From positions 1,110,715-1,174,714 of the forward strand of contig MNCI01000668.1 of NCBI GenBank assembly GCA_015680685.1: a stretch of 64,000 bases of DNA, given 5' to 3'. Below are positions 1-12,399 of the stretch, one piece after another. Positions within the stretch are counted from its first letter, which is position 1; every line of letters begins with the position of its first letter. A program made the translations under genes and the position numbers. This DNA comes from Gnetum montanum. Its lineage: Eukaryota; Plantae; Gnetophyta. The notes under the pieces were generated by a model that did no database searches, was not told the DNA's origin, and saw only the letters and a list, made by a program, of their open reading frames with translations.

Positions 1-1180
1 TCTCGTACTTGTGGACCATTTACTTGGACTGAGATGCCAAGTAAAATGGATTTTGTGGCTGGTATCGCTGAGGAGGTTGTTGAATGCATTCAGGAAGCCC
101 ACCCTGAGATAGGTATAAATGTTCAGAGTTTTTTACAGCTTTAGAGTTTCACATCCCTTTTTTTTATCGTTTTAGCGTTTGTTCTTTCCGTGTGCGTAGG
201 TGCCAAACTGAGGTGGGATCCATCTAAGACAATTAACATTGAGAGTTTGCCCACACTATCCCCAGAAGTCTAGCAAGTGCTAAGGCCAGTTTATGACGAA
301 GTGACAGAAGGCCTTGTACACAACGCCAAATCACTTTGGACTTGTAGGCGTTCCATCGAACAGTTGTGGTTGCAAGTCCAAGCAAAGGAGAAGGAAGTTT
401 CCGAGTTGTCAGTTGAGCGTGATGATCTCAAGGCTCGGTATGAGTTCTCCTCTACTAAACTAAGTGGTGATCGCTCTTGGCGGACTTCCGAGGTCACGTA
501 TACCAGATACTGGAACCTACTCAATTGCCACGTGTCGCTGACTCAGAAACTAGCAGAGTGTAAGGCCCAAGTGGATTTATTGAACCTCAAGTGTCAAGAT
601 TGGAAGGCTTTCGCTTCCAAGGTACGCAAATGGGGTTAGGATGAAAAGAACCACAAGCATCATTATAAGAAATCGTTGAAAGAAGTATCTATTGAAAAGC
701 GTCAACTTGAAATGTTTGTGGAAGGTCTGGGTCTACGTTCTGTGTTTGATACCTTTGCTCAAAACACAACTGTTGAGATGGAATCACCTACTAGAGTAAT
801 CACGACAGCTTCTAGGGAGGTGTCTGTGGCTGAATTCCCTTTAAAGCGTCCTACCTGGTCAGCCGTTGACAAGGGGAAGGCCTTGGCAGATGTCGACTTA
901 GGCCTTGATGGGACCAATTGGACCAGTGTCTGAGAAGAGGAAATCCTTCGTCAGCTGGAATTCAGCTTAGGGGGATCCCCTACAGTAAGCATTTTGTTAT
1001 TATGAAATTCGTTCGCTGCATAATGCTTGAAAGTTTTTCTTTTATCCTTATGTTGATTGTTCCTTTTGCATTTTATAAGATCAAGGCAATGATGATGTTG
1101 AGGAAGCTGACCCCAGTGGAGTGGGGGCTCATGATGCTAGCGAGTCTAAAGGGGATGATCCTCCTGCCCTTGATGTTTGA
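1..1180 (+). pseudogene. Antisense accessory ORF of the Tat-like element (coiled-coil, spliced, 5' end outside window)
   Basis: Frame 1 is open from base 1 except for TAG 271, TAG 637 and TGA 931 (deamination-type stops). An 87-nt GT..AG intron at 113-199 removes an in-frame stop. Second donor ACA|GTAAGC at 985, acidic last exon 1079-1180. Coiled-coil-like segment and DKGKA motif. Confidence 0.6.
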
Positions 1181-1520
1181 TCTTTGCTTTGAAATTGTTC
1201 TAACTCAGATTTATACGTGAATTGTAAATTGAGCGATTTGAGTTGTATTGAACAGATGAATAAAATGAGTTAACTCTTGTAATTGTACATCACTACATGT
1301 ATATGTAAAAAAATGTTTTTGTTGATTTTGAGTTTAATTGTAATCACGACACGGTAATGTAAAATGTTTTGGTTTGTTTTTGTGGTTTAAGTGTAGTGCA
1401 TGAATGTACTTATAAGTAGGACTGAAAGATAATTGTGAAAAAGGATGACATGACAGTGAAAGCGTAAATTTAAAGAGTGAGCCAGAATTTGAGGAAAAAA
1501 CAAAGTATAAGTGGATGATC

Positions 1521-1778
1521 TAGTTTAAGGCCATTTCGGGCCACATATGCACTAGTTTAAGGCCATTTCAGGCCATATACGTAGTTTAAGGCCATTTTGG
1601 GCCCCAGCGTAAGCAAGGGACGTTTCGAATGACACGGGTGGATTTCTCGGTTGACCGACCATTTCTGATCGTGGCTAGTTTTATGTCGTTGTGGACATGA
1701 TAGTTTAACGTCATTCTGGACTCGGGATGTCGTTTAATGTCTTTTCGGACTTGTTGTAGTTTAACGTCATTTCGGACA
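1521..1778. repeat. Short tandem repeat array (TAGTTTAAGGCCATTTCGG / TAGTTTAACGTCATTTCGG units, ~30 bp)
   Basis: Three TAGTTTAAGGCCATTT copies at 1521-1600 and further TAGTTTAACGTCATT variants at 1700-1778. Confidence 0.8.
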
Positions 1779-1789
1779 GAATTTTTTGT

Positions 1790-4700
1790 TTATTGGTTTA
1801 GTAATTTTTTTATTTTTCTCATTTTAACGTTAGGCGATGCGTTAGTGGGTATGATTCTATATTCAGCATCCCCTTCACTGATCACGTTGAATGGTAATTC
1901 AGCTGAAGGGACATCTGATGGAATTGTTCCCGCGTTAGTGTTTTCTTGTGCTTCTACATGTATCATGGTTTCTGTGTCAGTTGTGGTTTCTAAGTGAGGC
2001 TGCATATGTACAGTGTTAGGCCCAGGTATTTTTGTTTTGGGTGGATTTTCCTTTGTATCTAAAAGGTTATCGCCTACTGGCTGTTGTTCATTTATGTTGT
2101 GTTATCCATGCTCTTCGAGCTTAACCTCTGAGCCTTGATCTATGTCTATGTACGATGAGATGATGGATGTAGCAGCCTCCCCGTGTATAACAATTTCGCC
2201 ACCTTCATAAGGCAATTGAATTTCTTGGTGTATAGGGGAAGAGACTGTTTTAGTTGGGCAACCAGGGCCTTCCCAAGATTAGGTTGAACCCTGGCATTTC
2301 ATCAATTACCACAAAGTTAGCAGATGTGGGGAATTGATCCCCTACTATAAAGTCTAGGGTCACGGTGCCTTTGACTATCACGCGCGACCCACTGAATGAT
2401 TTCAAGCATGTGGTGGCAGTTGGTCTGATTAGCTCTGTGAGCCTCAGTTGTTCGATGATGGGATATGGCACTACATTTGTGGCAGCTCCATCATCTACAT
2501 GGACCTTGTGTATCTTGAATTGGTTTACATGTATTTTTATGAACATAGGGGCTATTGTTATCTCTCCTATTTTCTTATCCACCTTGATGTTATCGTTGTG
2601 GAAACTTAATAGCTTGGAAGTTGACCCTTGAGGCGAGTACATTACCGCATGAATTGAAGGTTCATTTGGAGGCAAGTCCTCGCTTACTGGGATAGATGTT
2701 AACATGCGCACCAAAGCTTCGCGATGTGTTTGAGATGTTAAAACTAGGTCATATAAGCTTAGTGAAGTATTCTTTTGTTTGAGTGCTTGTGTGACTTGTG
2801 TTAGGACGGTTGCTAGGTCTCTACTGTTGGGCGCATGTTTATCGGTGGTGACTTGGTCCATTGGGCCCTACAGTTTTATTTCGTGCATCGTTGGTTTGTC
2901 ATTTTTGCCGAGAATCATTGATTTGGGCGTGTCATGTCTTCTAGATGATTCACCCTCATGGCCTGTGTTTGGTTTATCGTTAGGTTGTGTCATGGGTACT
3001 GTGTTTAACGGTGTAGGTTTAGGAGGTCCTAACGCTAGCTGTTGACACTCCTTCTCCAAGCGTTCACGTGTAAGCCTGTCCGCTAAGCGTTCCCATGTGT
3101 GGCATGGGGGTGCAGTTGGTTTCAGAGCCTCAAGTTGTTTTGGGATTCGTACTACGTATGGAGTCGGGCGAGGTTACGATTGGACGATGGCATGCGGTTG
3201 AGTGCCAGGCTGGCTGGACACCTTGATGATATAAGGGCTGGGCTTATTGTCTATTTGCGAAATGGAGGATTGATGATCGCTAGGATGTTCAGGTGTCCTA
3301 ACGACGTATGGAGTTGGCCTAGCTGGAGGTTGTACCTCTGCTGTTACGACCGCAGGTGGTACTTGGACTACGTAGGAAATGGGCCGAATAAGAGGTGTTG
3401 GAGAGTTTGCAGTAGTGATGGCAGGAGGTACGCACACCACGTATGGTTTTTCGCATGTCGGGATGTTAAAAGCTACTACGGCAGGGGGTATTCTAACGAC
3501 ATAAGGCTTCTGCGGTGAATATGACGACTGAGGCACCGATGTTTGTACAGTGGGAGGAATACGCACTACAAATCATTTATTAGGCGTTTGCTGATCATGG
3601 TCAGAGTAGACGGTGTTAATGCTAGGTGTTTCAGCTTCGTTATCAAGGTAGATCATGTTAATGATGTACGGTGCCTCTTTGGTATTTAGAGGGTCTTTGT
3701 ACACACCCATGGCCTGGTTCTGTAGTTGGACCAAGTTGGCTTCATCAAAGGTGATCTGACCTCCGTCGATCATCCGTTGTATGTCTTGCTTTAGGGTGAA
3801 ACAGTAATCCGTGCCATGTCCATTACGTTGGTGATAGTCACAGAAACAGTCCATTCTAAAGCCTTTTGGCACTGGGAGTTCATCCGACGTTGCTAGGCCT
3901 GGGTTTTGAACCAGTTGACAGAACCGATCATGCCTTTGGATCGCTGCCAGGGACAACTGTTTATGTTTCATTAACCCAGTCTTCAGGAGTTGGTCGAACA
4001 GCTGCGATGGTTTCATGGGTAGTGGTGTGTATTGAGAGGGTTCTTTCCTCTCAAAGTTTCTCATACGATTCGATGTTGGGTTCCGTGATGAGGATGACTC
4101 TGGTGCAGTCATAGGAGTGGGTTTAGCGTAATTAGTAGGGGCAACAGGTGGTTTGCTTTGTTGTCCCACATTTGCTTGTTGCGTTTCCACTATTGCTGCT
4201 ATAGTTATTTTAGCCTTTTATTTATCTTTCTTACAGTGTTGATTCTTAAAGGCTAAATACGCAGGATCGTGGCTATTTTGGGCCGCCTCTTCTATGTTTT
4301 TAATTTGTACAAAGGCTTGATTGAGGTTATGCACATTGAGATAATATAACTTGGATTTGAAAAATTCGTTAATAGCCCCCTTTAGAATGGTGAGGAAATA
4401 CGTCTCTGGGATCGGCTCATGGAGCTCATTGAGAGCAGCACTCCACCTTTGGATGAATTTTTGTATGGGTTCTAGAGGTGCTTGTTTGACCTGTATAAGG
4501 CTGTCAAGTGTTGCTTTAGGTTTCAAGTTATACTTGAACCTGGTAACAAATTGATGTCACAACTCCTCTAGAGAAAATATCGAGTTTCTTGGCAAGGCCC
4601 GATACCAATCAAGTGCTCTCCCTGCGAGGGACATAGGGAACACTCGCAAAAAGGCATGTGGCCACGCCTGAAGTAATGCGCATTCTAGTCTAAAAGTTAT

Positions 4701-6009
4701 AAGGTGAGCATTGGGGTCTGTCTCCCTGTTGTATTTAGTTAGCGTAGGCAATGATACACCCTTGGGTAATGTTAGGGACAGAACCGAAGAGTTGATTGGG
4801 TCATCGTGATAAAAATCCACTACCTTCAACTCTCCGTCGGCGGCTATCTTGAGGCGCTTAACCTCGTCGGTTAGTTCTTGCATTAGTTTTTTAGCATCAA
4901 CCCAGTCTTGACCGCTAGGTGAGATGGCAGCTTGGGGATGTGGTACCCTATACAGATTAGATTGTTGGATAGTGGGTTGGAAGGCGGAAAGTTGTGTAGT
5001 TGGAGGTTGTACTTGTGGAATATTCGTAGTGGGTGGTGCGAAGGGCGGCATGTTATAGGCAAGGGGTTGCTATTGTTGTGGTTGTCCTTGAGGAATATTA
5101 CCTGGTGGAATTATGTGAGGTGGTATGTTGTAGTGAGGGGGTTGATGTGATTGAGCACCAATCGCTGCCCATTGCCTGGTCATGTTTTGTGTAGGAATCC
5201 CCTGAACTTGTTGGGTTACAACGGTGAAAGGGGGTCCATGAGTTTGGATTCGGGGGATATAATGAGCAGATGTAGATGCCGGTATCACATGCGGCATCCC
5301 AATCACTCGGGGCAGGAAGGTTGCTCCTACATTATTTTGAGGGGGTTGCACTTGCGAGGATGAGGCTACGGTTGCAATGGGGAGAATAGTAAGCGGAAGT
5401 GTATTGAGTTACGGGTCGGTTGCAGGAGGAATATGAAAAAGTGCGGATGATTCTGGTTGGGGTATTTGTGCTTGGGTGAATCTAAACAGTTGAAGGAACA
5501 TAATTTCCCCTGTGGCTGGATGGAACAACGGGTTGACATAGGTTTGTGGGATAAGAGTATGGTACGAATCTTCATGTTCGGATTGGGCTGCGAACTCATC
5601 CTCCTCTTCCTTGAGGATTTACGACAGGCTGATCTAGAGACTAGCTCTTTTGCAGGAGGACTTGTGTGATGAGCTCAGAGTAAGGCTCTGGAAGGGGGAT
5701 GATATCGTATGGGGAAGGAATGAACTCTTGTCCTCCCCTATAGAAAAGTTCGTATTGCCTCTTAACTTCCATTTTGACTCGGTCCACAGCTAGGCTGGCT
5801 TGTATTTTCATGCATATGAAATTGTACTGGTCTTGAGTTATAATGTTAGACAATGGGTTCCTCCCTTGCAATCTAGGAGACCGACGGGGCCCCACTATGG
5901 GTTGTACCCTGGGCTGTTGAATGGCCGTAATGCCTAGATGGTCTGTGACCTGGGTGGTTGTAGCGATGGAGTTTGCGGTGTTCATGATGAACGGTTGAGA
6001 ATACGACAC
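1790..6009 (-). pseudogene. gag: gag-protease polyprotein, disrupted
   Basis: RRSPRL N-terminus; capsid motif KYNRETDPNAHL...FPMSLAGRALDWY; Zn knuckle CDYHQRNGHGTDYC; protease HVDDGAATNV...LILGRPWL. ORF fragments from 5351 to 2250 share one frame, broken by stops. Confidence 0.88.
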
Positions 6010-6099
6010 AACGAAGGGATATGCAACTGGTATACCTAGTACGACGTAAACCTACGTTCGTGGCGTACAACGTATAGATTGGGTCTCGGCGTATAGGCT

Positions 6100-6665
6100 T
6101 CAACAACCAACATATAATGACAACGTAGACAGCATATAGGTATACAGCGTATAGGTATGTAGCGTATAGTGGCAGCGTATATGTTAGGCAGTGTAGATGG
6201 AGTCTACAGCATAGAGTGTGTAGTGTAAACTGAACAGCAACGTAGACGGAGTCTACAGCGTAGAGTGTGCAGCGTAAACTAAATAGCAGCGTAGACGGAG
6301 TATGTAGCATATAGTGGCAGCGTATATGCTAGCCAGTGTAGACGGAGTCTACAGCGTAGAGTGTGTAGCGTATATGCTAAGCAGCGTAGACAGCATTAGC
6401 GTACAGTGTAAATAGGGTTTACAGCGTACAGAGGGTAGCGTATACTGATGGTAGCATAGAAGAGTCTACGGCATAGAGTGTGTAGCGTAAACTGAGTAGC
6501 GTAGACACTGGAAGGTTTGCAGACAGGGTCGATGTATACTCGACAGCATAGACGCTGGGAATGTTGCAAAGAGTTAGCGTAAGCTCAACAGCGTAGACAC
6601 TCAACAGCGTAAACACTGGGAAGTTTGTAGAAAGTAAGTTTTAGACTCGACAGCGTAGATGCTGG
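6100..6665. repeat. CAGCGTA(G/T)AC motif array in the 5' UTR of the Tat-like element
   Basis: Many copies of cagcgtagac/cagcgtata/cagcatag and deaminated variants. Confidence 0.85.
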
Positions 6666-6702
6666 GAGTTCTGAAGCACAGTCAGTTTTAGGTAGTTTCA
6701 GG

Positions 6703-6719
6703 CCCTCCTTCTAGCGCTA
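6703..6719 (-). promoter_or_regulatory. Primer-binding site, tRNA-Asn type
   Basis: Minus strand TAGCGCTAGAAGGAGGG, one mismatch to TGGCGCTAGAAGGAGGG (complement of plant tRNA-Asn 3' end), 5 nt inside the LTR end ...GGTACA. Confidence 0.75.
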
Positions 6720-6724
6720 ATTTC

Positions 6725-8072
6725 TGTACCGTCCAAAAATCATCGGTCTCTGGCTGGAAGGAAACAGAAACCGAGGGATCACCAAACATGCATAGAAGAT
6801 CCTACCTTTGCTTGAGGGCAAGTTGGAATTAACGAAGGTAGAGTACCTTGAGTGATCCGCACGTGGATCAAGTAAGGATTTCCCCGAACGTACACCAAAG
6901 TGCTACACGCTGGGTTATATGTAAATAGCGTAACTGATGTAAACGAAGCATAAACAACGTAATTGGTGTAAGCAGAGCGTAAACGTACAATGGCATAAAT
7001 AGTAAACATGCAATAATTAATGAAAAACTGTAATAGATTCTAAGAAGAAAATGCAGCAATATTATTGCAAAGTGAGAGTTACAATGCACCGGTCTAACAT
7101 AGTTGTGGCTTTCACACAAGGCGGACGAAGAGCCCCGATGGATGCAAGGATGACTGTGTGCTGGTTCCAATTGTAGGCATAGCGTAGAGGCTATATGCTC
7201 AGCGTACAGGGTTGAGATCCAGTGTACAAGGTTTTCTGCTCTGGTTCTTAGTGTCTCTATTTTTCTCTCTGGTTTGCTCAAAATTGCCAACCTCGATCTA
7301 ATGAAAAATTGAGGTTTTTATACAGGTTTAGACGTTAGACTCGGGTTGGGCGACACATGGTGCGTTGACCGGGTTCAAAAGAATAAAATTTTACAAGTAT
7401 ACAACATGCTGCATCTATTGAGTGTATACGCTAGGTGTATACGCTGTATCTGGTGGGCGTAAACGTTGGACGTATACGCTGGGCGTATATGCTGTATATG
7501 CTGGTGTGTAGGACGTATACGCTAGGCGTATACGCTGTATCTGGTGGGCATAGACTCTGGGCATGCTGGGCGTATATGCTGGGCATACAGGATGTACATG
7601 TTGAGCGTATAGACTCCAGGATGCATGATGTGGACACCTGATGATTGCTTTGCCCGTGTGAGTTGATGCTCTATGCCAAGTCTTGCTTTGCAATGTTGTT
7701 TCCATGTGATCTTCGAGGATTCCATGCTGGGCATATACATCAGTTGTATAGGCTAAGCGTACTTGTGAGGTGTGTACGCTGGGCGTATACGCTGTGGATG
7801 TGTACGCTGGGTGTATACGCTGAGAATGTCGAGTGTATACACTGAGAATGCATACTTAGTGTAAACTAAGTACTTTGAGCTCCGAATTTGCCATGTTTGA
7901 TAGCAGATGTTGTCGTGGTCATCAGTGGGTCCTAGGGAACTGCTCCTTGTTGAGTTTGACTCTGCTTGAAATTGTCTGTGGGGCTCTCAAGCTTCAGCCA
8001 TGCTGGGGAACATCATGACTTAGCTTGATTCTTGTTGGAGAAGTACTAAGCTCGAAATTTTGTGGTGTTTTA
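6725..8072 (-). repeat. 5' LTR of the Tat-like element (~1.35 kb)
   Basis: Homologous along its length to 22129-23637 (T[A/G]AAACACCACAAAA...TACGTTCGGGGAAATCCTT...GATCCACGTGCGGA...GTACA). TATA-like TATAAAAA near 7315-7322; U3 GTATACGCTG array 7420-7860. Confidence 0.8.
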
Positions 8073-10858
8073 GTGGGGCTTATCCCCAACAACACCAACT
8101 GGTTACTAACTGGAGATTTCAACCAAAGGCTCTATAGCTAGGAGAAGACTGGAGATAGCATGGCGGAGCCCCCAGGGGCACTCGAATTCCTCACGCTGTT
8201 ACAACGTAAGGATTTCTTCGACATCAAAATCGTGGGGTGCAAGTACACCTGAAGCAATCATAGACAAGGCACAACGTGGGTTCAATCCCGAATTGACTAG
8301 GTGTGCGTTAGTAAAGCGCTACTGACCGATTGGAAAATCCATACCTATGGTGGTGCTTAGATGACCTCCGATCACCAACCCATCCTGTGCCAGCTAGAGC
8401 ACGATGTGCATCAGAGCCCCCATCCATTCTGGTTCGAACGTACCTGGCTACGCAAGTCGTGGCTGTGTGAGCTGGTTCAAAACATTTAGCAAGGATATTC
8501 GACCGCGGTGGACCCACGCAATTTTTTGAAAAATGGGTTAAAGACCCTCAAAAGTCAAATTAAAAATATCATAACGGCAGAAAAATATAGTTTCAAAGGA
8601 TACCAAACTTAGATCCAGGCCAAGCGACAAGTAATTCAGAAGTAGCAGGAGCAAGGGGCCAACCACACCTGTGAGGAGCTCACCCTCCAGGCCAAGCTAC
8701 AACTGCTGCACCAAGAAGAGGAAGAATATTGGTGCCAATTGGCCTACGTGCAATGGCTGAGGGCAGGGGATTGGCACACGAAATTATTTTTTACAATGGT
8801 GAAGGCACACCATGGAACTCGCCAATGGTCACTGCAGTGTTTTATGCAAGAAGAACAAACGCACACACACTCTAGCGTGGATAGACTGCTGCAATACTGG
8901 TAGCAGGTCTGGAATTGGTAGCCAACGGACCCGATTTCAATGCCAGTGCATAAAATTTTAAATCTGGTTGATAATTTGTGGCTTCTGCAACCTTTCTTGT
9001 GCCAGGAGCTCCAAAGTGCACTGTAGGATATGCCGGCAGATAAGGCCCCAGGGCCAGACGGGTGGCCCATTGAATTCTTCCATGACTTCAAGGACATCCT
9101 GAGGGTGAACCTGCTTGACACTTTTAACTGCATGCTAGCGTGGCATCAAGTTTGCAAAGAAATCAACTACTCTTGCATGGTCCTATTACCAAAGACGGAG
9201 AAGCCCACATCCCCAGGATATTTCTTCCCCATCGAAGTCTACAAATCGCTGCTGTGTTTATTTTCTCACATGCTTGTTGCCAGGCTGTGGCCCCTCATGC
9301 CACACCTAGTGGGGAAAATCTAGGCTGCTTTTATGAAGGGCCATCATCTTGAAGACCAAGTCTTGCTATTGCAGGAAATTCAGCACTCTCTTCAGGTCGC
9401 TAAATTACCGGGCCTTTGCATCAAACTAGACATAACCAAGGCTTACGATTCCATGAGTTGGGCAGCACTAAGGACTGTACTGCATGCGAAAGGCTTCGAC
9501 AAGGCTTTCGTGGAGCTTTTCCTACAGATTCAACGGGGAGGGTGGTACTCACTGGACATTGATGGGCACCTATGGGGCTTTCATGGGATTGGACACAGGC
9601 TCCATCAAGGCGACCCCCTCTCTCTGCTCCTTTTCCTGATGATGATGGACCTCCTGCAAACTTACTGTGTCGAAGAAGGGGTCCAGGGGCTAAATATGCA
9701 CGGCATCCCATGCCTCACTGCCCATTACGTAGATGACACCATGATGTTCACCAAGGCCACCATGCCATAGGTCGGGGCATTAACGAGGGTGCTAAATCAA
9801 CTTCAGCGAGAAGTGGGCTTGGCACCCAACCCAAGGAAATCCGCTTTATATTTCATGCACACCCACCCTTCAGTACGTAGCAAGGTCATTCAAATCCTGG
9901 GGATCCTACTGGGAGAGGTGAACAACAAATATTTGGACATCCCCATCCACAACTAGCATCGATTGCAAACATGGCAGGCCCTTATTATGAGAATCCAAAA
10001 ATGCACGACATACTAGACGAATAGCTTCCTGTCCCATAAAGGGAAAATCGTGCTGGCATCTACGGTGCTGGGGGCCATGGCGAGGTTTACAGCCTCGATG
10101 GCCTCTCCGCCCTCTGGAGTCACCACAAAAATCGATGCAATTATCTACGATTTTGTGTGGTCAGGCGGCAAGGGGGGGAAAAAGATGCACTTGGTGGCAT
10201 GGGCCAAAACCGCGCGGCCTCGCATTGCAGGGGGGTTGGAATCCTCCCTTTCACGATTGAACTAGCCTTAGGAAGACAAAGAATTCTTCGGCAACTTTCT
10301 GCAATGAATGAAGACCCCTCCCTCTAGGCACAAATCCTGCAATAGAAATATAGCCCCTGGGCGGCATCCAGCTCCGATTCTCACATTTGGAGGTAGCTAT
10401 GCATGCATGTAAGGTCGCTGGGCCACGAAGATGAGATTTCCCTGCATCCTCGACAGCTCCTCTAGAAACAGTTCATGACTGATCCACGTTGGATGCGGCT
10501 CTGGAAGGGCATTCTCCCAAAGAAAATCAAAATGTTTGGGTGGCTGATCCTTCACCATGCCCTCCCCATGCAAGCCTTATTGCAAACACGTGGCCTGGCA
10601 ATCAGTAACCATTGCCCACTGTGTAATCAACACATAGAAACGTTAGAGCACTTCGTGCATGAGTGCCACGTGAACAGGCAATTCTCGCGTACGATAGGTC
10701 TTCATTCCCCAGATTTCTCTAGCAATTTGCCAATGTTGGCGGCACTCTAGATCCTGTGGAGGACTAGGAACGATTGTATCTTTAAAGAGGCGGCCCTCCC
10801 TCCTCCGGCAGTGCTATCTGGCAGGATCTAAAAACTCTGGCAGGAGATTACCATTACA
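8073..10858 (+). pseudogene. LINE ORF2 (endonuclease - reverse transcriptase - zf-RVT), multiple stops and frameshifts
   Basis: Motifs as above in ORF fragments 9030-9323, 9333-9770, 10050-10265 and 10475-10750. Confidence 0.92.
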
Positions 10859-11824
10859 ATGGATCTACATGTCCACCTCGAGCCACTTGTGACTACCCTC
10901 CAACGTCACCCAGATCTTTCACGCTGGGTCTCGCACATGAGGCGGACACAAATTCTGCCCAAAATGCTGGCTAACTCGGAGATGGACACCCATTCCTTCT
11001 ACATAAATTGGGGTAAGGAGGCTACTGTGTTCAGGGGGCATTAGATCCTTATCATAGTTGATTCGGTCGCAACTACGATTGGAGCACCCATTAGAGGTGC
11101 ACACATCCCCCCGATCGTTGGTTCTCATGCGACAACTATTGCTTTCTTCTCGGGCCCCATCCCCAAGACAACTAGCAGACACATCAGGGGGACGGCCCTC
11201 TCGCCTAATTGGACGGTAGCGGAGGATTTGGTCGAGCGTTTTTTCATCCATTCTAGTTCGCACCATAAACTGAACGGGGTGCACTTTAGGTTCCTTCAGT
11301 GCATGCGCAACGAAACTCCCATCAACCTCTCGCTGTTCCTCTGGGAGTCCCTACGGAGGCATCGTCCTAGCAGACATCCGAGGGTGATTCGGGCCCTGTG
11401 GTTGGCCAATACTCCCACCCTGTTGCTTCAACCAATGAATCATCCAAAGCCAAGGTAGCAGCACAAGTGAAAGAGGTGAGTGTCTGGTGTGGGGGTCACT
11501 ACGGCATAAAATAGCACCGTGGTCATCCCCCCTGACGCTATCCAAGAATGGGACCCACCGAGACCAACCCTAGAGGAGGCGATGCCAATGATAAAAGATG
11601 ATACCACTGGCAACACAAGGGGGCAACACCCGACATCCCCTACTCAGTCGCTAATCCAGACGTTTCTTTGGATTGAAGGCGTCCTCAAGGATCATATGAT
11701 GGGCATTGGCCAGATAATTGAGGAAAATCGATGCCGCCTAGTGGCCAGGCCAGGGCAGCCAGGCCCTAGCACGCACCTCGTCAAAGAGAACCAACAGTCC
11801 AGACACAATTCTCCCAGAAGGTAG
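10859..11824 (+). pseudogene. Extra LINE C-terminal domain or ORF3, plant-transposon accessory (Transposase_32/PMD-like) domain
   Basis: Same frame as zf-RVT. FYINW..VFRG..I..DSVA..IGAPIRG and HFRFLQCMR..PINLSLFLWESL resemble this domain by eye; no RNase H motifs seen. Confidence 0.55.
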
Positions 11825-12399
11825 TCGACAGGGAGGGGTGGCGCCTTAGGGGAGGCGTAATTTGTAATTTGTAATTCGAGAATGTGCGCGAGCTAACAAC
11901 CGGGGCAGGCCTTGGGGATTTTTGGGTGGTTATTCTTGGCCAATGTGGGGCTAGCGGCCCTGGCCTGTGCTGTACAGCTGTATAGCTCCTTTTTTTGGAA
12001 TATAACTTCACTTGATCTTTTTCAAAAAAAAAATAGTTGTATCTAGAAGTTTTGTTAAGAAAGAAAAAATGGCAAAGTAAATATTCACACTAAATAAAGA
12101 AATTATCTCCTTAAAAAAAGCTACATAAGACACTTATGATATCACAGAGATCAATGCCAATGCGGTCAAAACTTTCAAAAGTTCATGTCATGTCATAAAA
12201 TCTTATAGTTTGAATTCATTATTCATATATCTTGAAAAAAAGGTCATTTTATTGTGCATGTGTTGAACAAAAATGACTAATATGCCAACAATGAAAGCTA
12301 TCAGAAGATTATTTGATTTCATTGAAGGAGACAATAAAGATGCATCTAAACAAGATCATCCAAACAAACAAACATGTATGTAGACTTGTTTGGATCACT

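Larger units (their letters stand above)
1..8072 (-). mobile_element. Tat-superclade-like Ty3/gypsy LTR retrotransposon, non-autonomous (gag-PR only); 3' end lies beyond window start
   Basis: 5' LTR 6725-8072, tRNA-Asn-type PBS, gag, Zn knuckle and aspartic protease on minus strand; no RT/RH/INT motifs between protease and position 1. Confidence 0.8.
8073..12033 (+). mobile_element. L1-clade LINE, 5' part cut off at the Tat-like LTR
   Basis: APE endonuclease (WLLTGDFN, KYT*SN, SRID), RT (KAPGPDG, KLDITKAYD, QGDPLS, YVDD), zf-RVT (CPLC..ETLEH..EC), 3' A-tail at 12024-12033. Confidence 0.93.

Noticed and set aside
5873-7845. Many short Y/A/V/T-rich ORFs
   Set aside because: Translations of the CAGCGTA motif arrays
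8073-12040. LINE as a 5'-truncated insertion into the LTR
   Set aside because: No TSD, and the LTR start maps exactly to 8072 by comparison with 22129, so the LTR element more likely inserted into the LINE
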